64,000 nt of DNA from Eledone cirrhosa. Lineage: Eukaryota. The stretch lies in the NCBI GenBank assembly GCA_964016885.1, contig OZ024742.1:337590001-337654000 (forward strand). The letters are read 5' to 3'. A model generated the notes under the pieces. It saw only the letters and a program-made list of their open reading frames with translations. It was not told where the DNA came from and ran no database searches. Numbering within the stretch: position 1 is the stretch's first letter; each line of letters opens with the position of its first letter. A program made the translations under genes and the position numbers. Positions 42,842-54,828 of this stretch are shown here, piece by piece.

Positions 42842-43216
42842 GCTGTGCGAGCTTTCAGCAAGGCCGTTCATCTCAATCCCGGCATTCAGGAACTTTGGGA
42901 AGATGATCTGAAATGGGCCTGTACTCTGCTTGAACAAAAGAAACGTATTACCACAGAACTTGAACTTGAGAACACAAACACCAACTCAAAAGTCCAAGAG
43001 ATTTTCAGTGATGAAGACGAAGATGAAGAAGACAATCATCACCATCGTCATCTTAATGATGATGATGATAATAATAAAAGTAACTCTAAATCAATGAATG
43101 ATGAACAGATTTCAACGATGTCATTGGTAGACACAAAAAAATTGAAAAACAGCAGCAACTCTCCTGCAAAAAAGACTATAATAAAAATGCCATCTAATTA
43201 TGTAATGATGCGATAA
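42842..43216 (+). CDS. TTC33: TTC33 coding exon 4 (375 nt including stop); spliced CDS 801 nt = 266 aa
   Basis: TTACAG acceptor; AVRAFSKAVHLNPGIQELWEDDLKWA..; TAA at 43214-43216. Confidence 0.88.
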   Translation, partial: AVRAFSKAVHLNPGIQELWEDDLKWACTLLEQKKRITTELELENTNTNSKVQEIFSDEDEDEEDNHHHRHLNDDDDNNKSNSKSMNDEQISTMSLVDTKKLKNSSNSPAKKTIIKMPSNYVMMR

Positions 43217-43249
43217 CATTATTGGCCAAATTTGTAAATATGCTCCTGA

Positions 43250-43255
43250 AATAAA
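43250..43255 (+). promoter_or_regulatory. Candidate polyadenylation signal for TTC33
   Basis: First AATAAA after the stop codon, ~34 nt downstream. Confidence 0.4.
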
Positions 43256-45814
43256 CCTACTTTCATATGACTTCATTACATAATATCTTTATTGTTGTTG
43301 ATGGAATTCTCAGGTAAGAGATTGTTATTACTAAAGTTTTATTGGACAAATGCTCAGCAGTATCTGTTCCACCTCTTTATATATTCTGAATTCAAAATCC
43401 AAGATTAACTTTACCTTTCATCCTTCTGGAGATTAATAAAATACTAGTAAAATACTTTCCTCTCCACCAGATTGTTAACATTTTGCCTAAATTAGAAATC
43501 ATTATCACTAAAAGTAAGTGAAAAAGAGAATAGGACTTTACAATCAGGTTCAATTCTCAGCCCATCTTGTTTATTATAAGCCCTCCAAGCCCTGAGGAAT
43601 TCAAGATGAGTTTTCTGTGGAAGCTCCTATATGCTGACCATCTACATCTTATAGCAGACATGGAAATAAAATCTGGAAGCAAAAACTAAAGTTTTAGTAA
43701 GTATGAAATGGTAAGACTCAGCTATCATAAGAGAAATGGCCATGCTCAAAATACTGACAAAGAGTAAAGAGAACTGCATATTGTGTACTCAGTGTGTACA
43801 ATAGACACACAATGTGCAATGGGATCACAGGTGGACTGACTTCACTTGTTACAGTAGTAGTCAACAGTAAGGCTTCTTGTGAAATAAACTCCCTCAAATG
43901 TTCAAAAGGTCACTAAAAGTAGTAGATAGCTTTTTCTGCTTAATTAACTTCATTAGCAGTGTAGAATTATGTACCATAATTTGTGTAGACAGTCAGAACA
44001 ACTGAGAGCTCATCGTTGAAACTGACTGAGGATCCCTCATATATATATATATATAACCACATGTAAACACTGATTGCGTAGGACTTACCTTGCCCTCAAA
44101 CCTCCTCATGACCCAGGTGGGTAGACAATGGTGGTAACATCCTTTTTTTTCCCCACTTGCCAAACAAGATAGAGGAAACCCCAGCATACATAGGTAGATG
44201 TAATTCTTTTCTTTTTTCCCCTTTATCTCTTCTCACTTCCTTCCACTCCCTCTCCTCTTTTTCGCTTACCCTGAGGCAGCCCATCGGGCTTTTGTAGCCT
44301 CAGTACCCCACCCCTGTAAATTCTATATAGCATTGGCTGAAAACGCAATACCAGCTAAAAATATAGCAGCTGTTTTAGACTAGTTTTTTTTATTATTTAA
44401 TTTTTTTATATTTTTTCATTTATTATTTTTGAATTTTAATTTATTAACTTTATAATTTTTTAATTTTATAACTTCCCACTATCAGATTCCTCTAGAAGTC
44501 TTTTTTCGCCTGCTTTCTAGCTAGCCTAATTCATTCACACTCCTTAGAATTTGCTGTATAGAATTCACTTTCAACGCTTGACCGGCTTAACCCACTCCCT
44601 CATTGTTCTTCAGGCAAGTTCAGCCACCCCGACCTCCACCCACCCCCATGAAAGATTTAATTGTGTTTACAAGAAATTTTGACCAATCCTTTTGACAACT
44701 ACAATCTTCAGAAATGCATGATTATCGCACACCCTTATATGGAATTACCCCTTGAAAAGTTTGGCTATTTACTGTCACGCTAAAAATCTAATTTAGTGCA
44801 GAAATAGCCGTCAGGCTCTTGAACATTTTCCTATTACCCACAGTATTGAGTGCATTATGCACAATATATCTTTCCGTGGAGATAGAGGAAAACACAAAAT
44901 CTCTTGCCAAATAAGAGGTCTTTGCAAAATAATGGTTTCTGATTTAGACACAAAGCCAGCAATTTTTTTTTGGGTGGGGGGGGGGGGGGGTCGATTAAAT
45001 TGACCCCAGTGCATTACCGGTGCTTATATATATATATATATATATATCATCACCATCATCATCGTTTAACATCCATTTTCCATGCTAGCATATATATATA
45101 TATATATCATTTCATCATCATCATTTCATTTTACGTCCGCTTTTTCCCTGCTTGCAAGGGTGGGACGGGAACTGATTCTGGCTTGATTTCTACAGCTGGA
45201 TGCCCTTCCTAACACCAACCTCATTTACAGTGAGTGCTGAGTGCTTTTTTTGCCGTGGCACCTCCACGACCACTTTGCAGTGGAATGATATGGACCCTAT
45301 CATCTCATTTCTACAGCTGAGTAAACTGGAGTAATGTGAAATAAAGTGTCTTGCTCAAGGAAACGACACATCACCCGGTCTGAGAATTGAACTCACAACC
45401 TTTCGATTGCAAGGCCAATGCTCTAACCACTAAGCCATGTGCCTCCCTATATATATATATATTATATATATATATATATTATATATATTCATTAGTTAAG
45501 CAAAACAAGACCACAAATTTCACAAGGAAGACATTATTAAAAGATTGTCAACATATTTTAGTTTGATGTAAGGAATGTAGAGAATAATAATAATAATAAT
45601 ATTAATAATAATAATGTCCGTTTATAATTGTTTCGCTACTCCATATAATATTTCTGGATCAGATGACTATATATCATAATTGATCTGGTTCAGTTGAAAA
45701 TAATTAACATATTTAAAAGACAGAGTGGCTCATCAGAACTTCAAAGGAATATAAATTAAAATAATTGTTTCTACTTTAGGCACAAGGCCAGCAATTACCC
45801 CAGTACATTACTGA

Positions 45815-46031
45815 AATAATGAGATAATGTTACATAATATAATGTTCCATATATTGGTTTTTCACTATGGTGTCTTGGTTGCATCAGTTGTCAGCCATAA
45901 TCAAGCAGTATTCATCTGTCGAGGTTGCATTGTGTGAGATCCGCCTATGGGTAACCCATAGGCAGATCTCACACAATGCAGTGAAAAACCAATATATGTA
46001 ACATTATATTATGTAACATTCTCTTATTATT
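45815..46031. repeat. Fold-back hairpin element abutting the tandem hammerhead repeat
   Basis: Outer arms 45815-45868 / 45981-46031; inner near-perfect hairpin TGCATTGTGTGAGATC..ATGGGTAACCCAT..GATCTCACACAATGCA. Confidence 0.75.
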
Positions 46032-46037
46032 CTCTCA

Positions 46038-46705
46038 GAAACTAGTACAGCGTTCCTTTGTCAGTGTTGAACAAATGAGCAACAATGGTTGCTAGACACT
46101 ACGGCTTAATACGGGATGTTTGTTTACAAACACACCGAGCATTATAATAAATGTTCGGTGAATCCATACGTACATATATATATGTGTGCATGTATGTATA
46201 TATATATACATGCTACTGTACGTCTGTATACATATATGTATGTACGTGTACATACTTATATTTAAGTAACAGCCGTACTAAGAGTGGGAAATGAAATTTC
46301 GTTTCATTTTTTCCGTTTATCGTTTTCGGTGCACCGGCCGATTAACCCACTCGATATGCAAATTGGGCTACTCAGCCATTAATATGCATAAGGTAAGTAT
46401 ATACGTTCAGCAATCTGGCAGGAAGGTATACGTTGCTGACGATAGCTAATAAGCTTGAAACTAGTACAGCGTTCCTTTGTCAGTGTTGAACAAACGAGCA
46501 ACGATGGTTGCTAGACACTACGGCTTAATACGGGATGTTTGTTTACAAACACACCGACCATTATAATAAATGTTCGGTGAATCCATACATACATATATAT
46601 GTGTGCATGTATGTGGAATATGGACGTTAAACGATGATGATGATGATATACATACTACTGTACGTCTGTATACATATAGGTATGTACGTGTACATACTTA
46701 TATAT
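46038..46705 (+). mobile_element. Tandem (~1.6 copies) 419-bp hammerhead-bearing repeat, retrozyme- or pLTR-like
   Basis: GAAACTAGTACAGCG at 46038 and 46457; complete hammerhead at 46430-46472; ends in (TA)n; short RTE tail inserted at ~46613-46647. Confidence 0.8.
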
Positions 46706-46758
46706 ATGTATATATAATATATATATATATATAATATATATATATATAGAGAGAGAGA

Positions 46759-49718
46759 TTACAATAATCAAAGTTCAGTTTAAACCATTTATTTGCTTAC
46801 AATTGTTTCCTCCAAACTGAGGTTTGGATTCTTCGGAGCAACTATTTAGTGATCTATAACATACTTGACCTCCTTTTCAACACAAGAGACATTTAAAACA
46901 TATGCATATATTGACCCACAGTGGGTTGACATCCATCATAATGGTATAGCATGGCAATTTACATATAAAGGTTAAAGGATTAAAATGAAAATAAAAATAA
47001 AAGTAAATATAAAAATAAAAATAAAACATTGGCAGTTTATGAAGATAAAGCAAGAGGAAAGTTTAGAGTAGTCAGTGTATGGAACAATCTCACGTGTAGC
47101 ATGCACGCGTGTCTTATTTATACAGGATTAGAGTGCGGCAGATTGTTACTTGTAGAATCAGGCAGTTAAAGCAGGCAATCAATATTATCATGTGGGCCGT
47201 ATTGTTAAATCATTATTTCGCATACACCTGTATGATATACAATCCCGAATGTAGAGAAACACCAAAATATCAAAAATATCAAACATATCACAAAACATAT
47301 TATAAAATAGGCAAAACAGCACCACTGTCTTTGCACACATCACCACTCACACAGTCCATGAAACGCAATATATAGACTACAGGTCTATCACACAATCCAC
47401 GATGATTCAGCATTGGGTGTCTGGAGAGTCAAGTTATAAACTATATCTTGTCGTTTCTTACTTTAGTTGTGTGAGATGACATTGTATATTCCGGAAGTGT
47501 GTGTGTGACTAAGGGAAGTTAATGCGTAAGGGGAGGTAACTAGTTGATTTTCATAGTTAAATTTATTATCTTAAATTACATTAATGGTGTTTCAAGTGAA
47601 TCCCTATCATATGAGGTTATAACCAATTTCTAAATTAAGTTACTTATCTATAAATTACAGTGTAGTCTATTAAGAAGTGCTAAAGGTGTTCATATCAGGA
47701 TGATTACCTTCTATTATGGAGTGCCACACCTGAACATTCTATAAGAAGAGTCAGACCTCCAAATCAATGATCTTTGTAAGTGTATTCCACCCGCAGGACC
47801 TGGCAGGGTCTTATTACTATGCATGACTCCCGGTAAGCTCTGGGTCATTGTATGTCTGAATCCTTGGCAAATTTAAATATCACCAGGGTGGTCCGGAGAT
47901 CAATTCTCTCATACAAAGACCCCAATCTGGCCATCAAGCAATACATAAACTCTCAACTCATATATAAATTAGGTTTCTTATCTATAAATTACAGTGTAGT
48001 CTACTAAGAAGTACTAAAGGTGTTCATATCAGGGTGATTACCTTCTATTATGGAGTGCCACACCTGAACAATCTATAAGAAGAGTCAGACCTCCAAATCA
48101 ATGATCTTTGTAAGTGTAATCCACCCGCAGAACCTGGCAGGTTCTTATTACTATATATGACTCCCAGTAAGCTCTGGGTCATTGTATGTCTGAATCCTTG
48201 ACAAATTTAAATATCACCAGGGTGGTCCGGAGACCAATTCTCTCATAGAAAGACACTAATCTGGCCATCAAGCAATACAGGAACTCCTAACTCATATATC
48301 ACCTGTACATAATTCATTGTACTCAGCATATAGAGTATATAGTTCCTTTAATAATAAATTAATTACTTAATCATCTATCTATCCTATGGTGGCACTCCAT
48401 GCACAGGACTATGTTAGCACAACCAATATAGTGCCTACAGTTTACATTAATCGTATATTTGTGCAATGTAGTCCAAGTAATTAAAGGCCAATATATCAGA
48501 AGTAGAGGTACATGGGGGTATCTCCAGGGTAAAAGGTACTATAAGGGTGCCCTTATTTGCGTTAGAGTGTATAAATGGGTGTGGATATGAGGTGTAAGGT
48601 GTGCCACTGGTGCTGATTGCTAGAGGTGGTGACGGGTTCAAGTCTGACATTGTTATATATAGGGTTTAAAGTTTTGGAAAGAGTGTCGGAAGCAGTGTTG
48701 GCAAGATGTGAACACTTCTGATTTTTTATTAAGGAGATTATGGTTAGAGAATATGATAGTATGGGTCTCTAGTAGACAGAGGTTACAAAATTTATTAGGT
48801 GGTTTGTACGATGTCGTATTACCTACCACTTCCCATTTAAGTGTATATAGTTTATTTTTAGTTTTTAGATAGTGTATGTAGCTAGATAGTGAAGTGGAGT
48901 TGGTTAGACTGTGCTTTTTGAAAGATTGGAGGTGCGAATTGTATCTAGTTTTGAAGCAGTTAGAAGTAGAGCCTATATAGGTTTCAGAAGAGTTAATTGT
49001 GACTGTGCATGAGTATATGATATCCTTGGTTAAGCATTTTTTATCTAAAGGGCAGGTTCTATTTGATCTACAGTTACAATTATTCTGGGTGTTAGTCTGA
49101 CGGTTAATATGCTGTGTAGAAGTCTGGATGTTAGCTATAGGGTTATGGTTATGTGGGTTGCCATTCTCAGTGTTATTGTTTACACTAGTGCTATTACTAT
49201 TATTTCTATTGATATTAGGGTTAGTTGTTATAATGTTATTTTGAAGGTTTATCGTCTGTTGTGATTTAGTTTGTTGGAAGAATTAATTTTTCTTTTATTG
49301 CTACTAGCTATGTGGTATGCTAAGTTAGGCGTAGTAGAGTAGGAGATTTTAATAGTGTTTTTGTTTAAAAGGCTATGGTACATTGTGGCCAGATGGGAAG
49401 TTTTTATCTAGTAGTGAGAAGAAAGCCCTAGGTAGGTTGGTAGAGACGTTTAGATTGAAAGGAGGGTTGAAAAATGTATTATTTCTTCTTCTATTTCTGT
49501 TTTTTATGTCTGGTGATTTGTTTCCTTTTATGGTACTATGGTAATTTCTGTGGTGTGGGTTACTTTTGTTGGTATCATCCCTATTAGTGTGTGTGTGGTT
49601 GCTATTCTTATTACTAAATTTTCCCATGGACATGTGCGAAATAATGTTGTAGCTATGCGTTTTTGTAGGTAGGAACTCGATCTCTATATTATGGCCTGAT
49701 CTAGCTAATGCCTGATTA
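46759..49718 (-). mobile_element. Penelope-like (Naiad-type) element, 5'-truncated, with a ~2-kb 3' region
   Basis: YNQALARSG..FFNPPF..ISYSTTPNL..CNCRS..CPL..IIYSC..YIG..CNLCLLE..LLNK across ~48700-49718; internal 334-bp tandem duplication 47630-48298; terminal hammerhead; TA-rich tracts on both sides. Confidence 0.85.
46793..46841 (-). ncRNA. Hammerhead motif, U4C core variant
   Basis: TTGCT-CCGAAGA-ATCCAAACCTCAGTTTGGAG-GAAA-CAATTG-TA-AGCAA. Confidence 0.7.
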
Positions 49719-49743
49719 TAATATATATATATATATAATATAT

Positions 49744-49812
<69 letters not shown>

Positions 49813-49813
49813 T

Positions 49814-50135
49814 ATAGTTATGTAATAAACAACATAAGGCAATTATTCTATTTACCAGTGGTTTCTTAAAAACAAAATTCTGGTGTATTTATTGATATTG
49901 GATTCTAAAAAAAAAATTAAAAAAATCAAAAAAAAAATCAATATCAATAAATACAGCAGGATTTTTTAATTCTGATGATTGAAAGCAAAATATTTTACTT
50001 TTAAGAAACCACTGGTAAATGGAATAATTGCCTTATGTCATTTATTACATAACTATTAAGCTCTGTTACATACATAGAGCACTCTTTTTTCCTGGACTTT
50101 TCCGACGGAATTACTTCATTCATACTTATCAACTA
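49814..50135 (+). mobile_element. Fold-back PLE-like element with a hammerhead (49961-50028) and 3' tail
   Basis: 49814-49870 is the reverse complement of ~49999-50056; CTGATGA-TTGAAAGCAAAATATTTTACTTTTAA-GAAA-CCACTGG-TA-AAT; TA tracts on both sides. Confidence 0.75.
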
Positions 50136-50186
50136 ATATATATATATATATAATATATATATATATAATATATATATATATATAAT

Positions 50187-50893
50187 ATACATTAAAATAT
50201 ATGATAAACACAAAACGTGTTTGCATTGCAACAGACAGTCAGCTATTAATGAAATAAACTAATTAAAGTGAATACAATTTGTCTGTCTCGATATAAGTCA
50301 ATAAAGACAATCTTATATTGGCAACTGCCATGATTCCTGGACAGATTCAAATTTCAAAATCCAAACCTGTTCTGTAGACGAATTTGAACCTCGAAACCTA
50401 AATCCGTTTCGCAATGATGGTATGTGAATTTAAAAAATAAAGAGAATCGAAATGGAATTGAAATAAAAAGTGAAATATCCAAATCTTCTGTGCATATCAA
50501 CAGGAATCCAGTAGAAATTAGTACTTTTCACATCAAAAATTTTTTGATGTGAAAAGTACTAATTTCTACTGGATTCCTGTTGATATGCACAGAAGATTTG
50601 GATATTTCACTTTTTATTTCAATACCATTTCGATTCTCTTTATTTTTTAAATTCACATACCATCATTGCGAAACGGATTTAGGTTTCGAGGTTCAAATTC
50701 GTCTACAGAACAGGTTTGGATTTTGAAATTTGAATCTGTCCAGGAATCATGGCAGTTGCCAATATAAGATTGTCTTTATTGACTTATATCGAGACAGACA
50801 AATTGTATTCACTTTAATTAGTTTATTTCATTAATAGCTGACTGTCTGTTGCAATGCAAACACGTTTTGTGTTTATCATATATTTTAATGTAT
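50187..50893. repeat. Near-perfect 707-bp palindrome (centre 50540) plus tail 50894-50965
   Basis: ~353-bp arms, single-base centre, only one mismatch noticed; lies between TA tracts. Confidence 0.92.
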
Positions 50894-51093
50894 TTAACTG
50901 CTCGGAAATGACCCTTTCCTGGAGCTTAATTATTGTAAAGGACTGAGAGCTTATTCTCAAAATATTATATAGTATATATAATATATATATATATATATAA
51001 TATATATATATATAATATATATAATATATGTATATATATAATATATATATATATTATATATATATATATATTATATATATAATATATATATAT

Positions 51094-51560
51094 GCAAAAG
51101 TTTTATTTAAAATTGTTGGGTTACAACAAGTAAATATTTTATAACTGATATAAAGCACTCGACAAGTTTTTGGAGTAGATATACGATATTAAACAAATGG
51201 AAACTATATTTATAAAACCATATTTATTTCATTATACATATTTCGGGGATACCATATTAAAAATATGGCATGCCTTCGTCAGATAAAATACAATATATAA
51301 ACAGTTTTATAAATAATTTTGACGTACCATAAATATGAGCGACCATTAAGGTAGGAAGCTGGTTTGGTAGACTACCAAACCAGCTTCCTACCTTAATGGT
51401 CGCTCATATTTATGGTATGTCAAAATTATTTATAAAACTGTTTATATATTGTATTTTATCTGACGAAGGCATGCCATATTTTTAATATGGTATCCCCGAA
51501 ATATGTATAATGAAATAAATATGGTTTTATAAATATAGTTTCCATTTGTTTAATATCGTA
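51094..51560. mobile_element. 379-bp near-perfect palindrome (51182-51560, centre 51371) plus tail; hammerhead in each arm
   Basis: Plus-strand motif 51454-51515: TTTTAT-CTGACGA-AGGCATGCCATATT..AATATGGTATCCCC-GAAA-TATGTA-TA-ATGAAA. Confidence 0.88.
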
Positions 51561-51935
51561 ATATATATATATATATATAATATATATATAATATATATAT
51601 AATATATATAATATATATATATATAATATATATATATAATATATATTTATATATAATATATATATAATATATATATATAATATATATATATATAATATAT
51701 AATATATATATATAATATATATATAATATTGAATATATATATATATAATATATAATATATATATATATATAATATATATATAATATATAATATATATATA
51801 TATAATATATATATATATATAATATATATATATATAATATATATATATATATAATATATATATAATATATAATATATATATATATACAATATATATATAA
51901 TATATAATATATATATATATACAATATATATATAT

Positions 51936-52017
<82 letters not shown>

Positions 52018-52037
52018 TATATATATATATATATTAA

Positions 52038-52070
<33 letters not shown>
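51561..52070. repeat. Interrupted (TA)n tract
   Basis: TA run with AA/TT interruptions. Confidence 0.9.
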
Positions 52071-52074
<4 letters not shown>

Positions 52075-54653
52075 TATATTAATGAAAAAGAACAAAGGGT
52101 CTATTATGACATTATAACAAGTTTATTGTCGACAGCCGTTTCGTCCGACCCCATGGTGGGACTTATCAAGGCATATAACAGGTCATTGTAAGTTCATTGT
52201 TTACATCAACGTTTCACTCAAGATTAGCAGTTTGAAATTGTGGTATACATCAGCAGCTCCGCTTGTATATTTAGGGTCTATATTCTAAGGGGGCTCTTTT
52301 ATATTAGTTGTCGGAGTTGTAAAAGGGATGGGTTATGGGGAGTTAAGAGAATTTGAAAAGGGCCTAAGAGTCAGGGATTGAAGGTTAAAAATTAGATAAT
52401 TTATAATTTACGCATTAAAAGTAAAAGACTTGGGACCTCGTAGAAGCACCTTAAAAAAATCCCTCAATAAGTGCATAAAGCTTATAAGCCCCAATAAACC
52501 TAACAAACCAGAAGAGATTAAGAGACTAAAAAAATAAAAATATAAAAAAATAAAAATATAAAGTTTCCTAAAAAAATATAAAGTTTCCTAAAAAATTCCT
52601 TCGAGAGAAAAAAAAAAAATTTTTTTTCGAAAGAAAAAAATTTTCTTCCCCAGAGATCACGTTAAAAAATTTCAGAAAATTTACGAAGTTTTGATAATCC
52701 CTACTAAGTTGAAAGAAACTAATCAATTAAAGGTTAATTCAAAAAGCCTTCAAAAAATCCCTCAGAAAAGGCACCTTTAATATTTTTAATAAGAACCTCT
52801 CCCGAGAGACCCTTCGAAGAATTAAAATTTTAGAGAGCCTTTAAGGATATATATAAACGAATTGAGGAAAATTATAAATTAAAAGTTAAAAATTACGGGA
52901 TTTAGGATATCCAAGGAATTTTCAAAGGGCTGCTTCAACAGATACAACTTAGGTATAATAGATAAAATAATTTAAGTAATTTAAGTAATTTAATTAGGGA
53001 GCAATTCAAAGAGCTTATCAAGTTGGGCAAGATTAAAGAAAATGATAAGTAAGAAAATACATAAGCAAACAGACAATAATTATAAAATGTATTTTTAAGA
53101 AGGTATAAGGTAGCTTCAGTAATCTAATAATGTACTATCAAAAAATTATTATAAAATTATTAATACAGGATTAACAAAGACATAATAATATATTCCTGCC
53201 TAATTAACAAATAATCAATAAACAATTAACAGTCAAGCAAAATTAGCTCAGGGATAACCCGCGCTCGGATACTTTACACACATACAGCAACACATAGGAT
53301 TAACAAAGACATAATGGTATATTCCTGCCCAATTAACAAACAATCAATAAACAATTGATAGTCAAGAAAATGTACTCAGGGATATCCCACACACGGATAC
53401 TTTACACACATACAGCAAGATGAACAATACAGGTGACCTTGTGGGTGCGATATCCATTGTGCGTATGTAGTCATCTGCATAGCTCCAGGCACAGTTGGTC
53501 TTGTTTAAAAGTTCAGAGTTCACGAATCAACTGGGATTCACTATCAGCTGTGTGGACTCTCTGGGAAATGTACCTGTGGATCAAATAGCTAGTGGTTGCT
53601 GGGTGTGGTCCGTTTGATCATTTAGTTTCGCGGGTTGCACACGTTTGCGATAGATCAGCCTGCCGGTTCTAAATCCAAGGTCTCGCTGCATAGGATGTAT
53701 TGGTTTACATGCTATATTGGTAAAAAAACCAGTGTGGATTTGACTGGGGTGGTATATTGCGTCTCTCGCTAATATCACCTCTTCTCACGAACTCCAAGCA
53801 CACACGCGACTGGTCAAATGCGAAGGGCTGTCCCCTCTTTGTGTGTTGTAGGGGTCGGTTCCAGCTTAGATGGTGGTCGTGTTATCCATATTCCGTCAGC
53901 CATGCATATTCAAGACAGATCAGGGTATATATTTGCGGGTATGGTCCGGCGTCTACGCTATCCAAAGGGTCTCTCTTGTGGTATTTTCAAGTTCGCATCA
54001 AGGGATTATCAAAACTTCGTAAATTTTCTGAAATTTTTTAACGTGGTCTCTGAGAAAGAAAATTTTTTTCTTTCGAAAAAAAATTTTTTTTTTCTGTCGA
54101 AGGAATATTTTAGGAAACTTTATATTTTTTTAGGAAACTTTATATTTTTATTTTTTTATTTTTTTATTTTTTTATTTTTTTATTTTTTTATTTTTTTAGT
54201 CTCTTAATCTCTTCTGGTTTGTTAGGTTTATTGGGGCTTATAAGCTTTATGCACTTATTGAGGGATTTTTTAAGGTGCTTCTACGAGGTCCCAAGTCTTT
54301 TACTTTTAATGCGTAAATTATAAATTATCTAATTTTTAACCTTCAATCCCAGACTCTTAGGCCCTTTTCAAATTCTCTTAACTCCCCATAACCCATCCCT
54401 TTTACAACTCCGACAACTAATATAAAAGAGCCCCCTTAGAATATAGACCCTAAATATACAAGCGGAGCTGCTGATGTATACCACAATTTCAAACTGCTAA
54501 TCTTGAGTGAAACGTTGATGTAAACAATGAACTTACAATGACCTGTTATATGCCTTGATAAGTCCCACCATATGGTCGGACGAAACGGCTGTCGGCAATA
54601 AACTTGTTATAATGTCATAATAGACCCTTTGTTCTTTTTCATTAATATAAGAT
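52071..54653. mobile_element. 2.6-kb non-coding element with ~630-bp terminal inverted repeats, each carrying a variant hammerhead
   Basis: 52071-52702 vs 54001-54653; internal ~130-bp tandem duplication 53168-53418. Confidence 0.85.
54551..54597 (+). ncRNA. Hammerhead motif with compensatory U3-A8 core
   Basis: TGCC-TTGATAA-GTCC-CACCATATGGTC-GGAC-GAAA-CGGCTG-TC-GGCA; mirror copy on - at 52127-52173. Confidence 0.75.
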
Positions 54654-54698
54654 ATATATATATATATATATAATATATTTAATATATATATATATATA

Positions 54699-54745
<47 letters not shown>

Positions 54746-54758
54746 TATATTTATATAT

Positions 54759-54801
<43 letters not shown>

Positions 54802-54828
54802 TATATATATAATATATATATATATATA

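Noticed and set aside
44555-44615. CTGAAGA..GAAA on the minus strand as another hammerhead
   Set aside because: Stems I and II do not pair convincingly.
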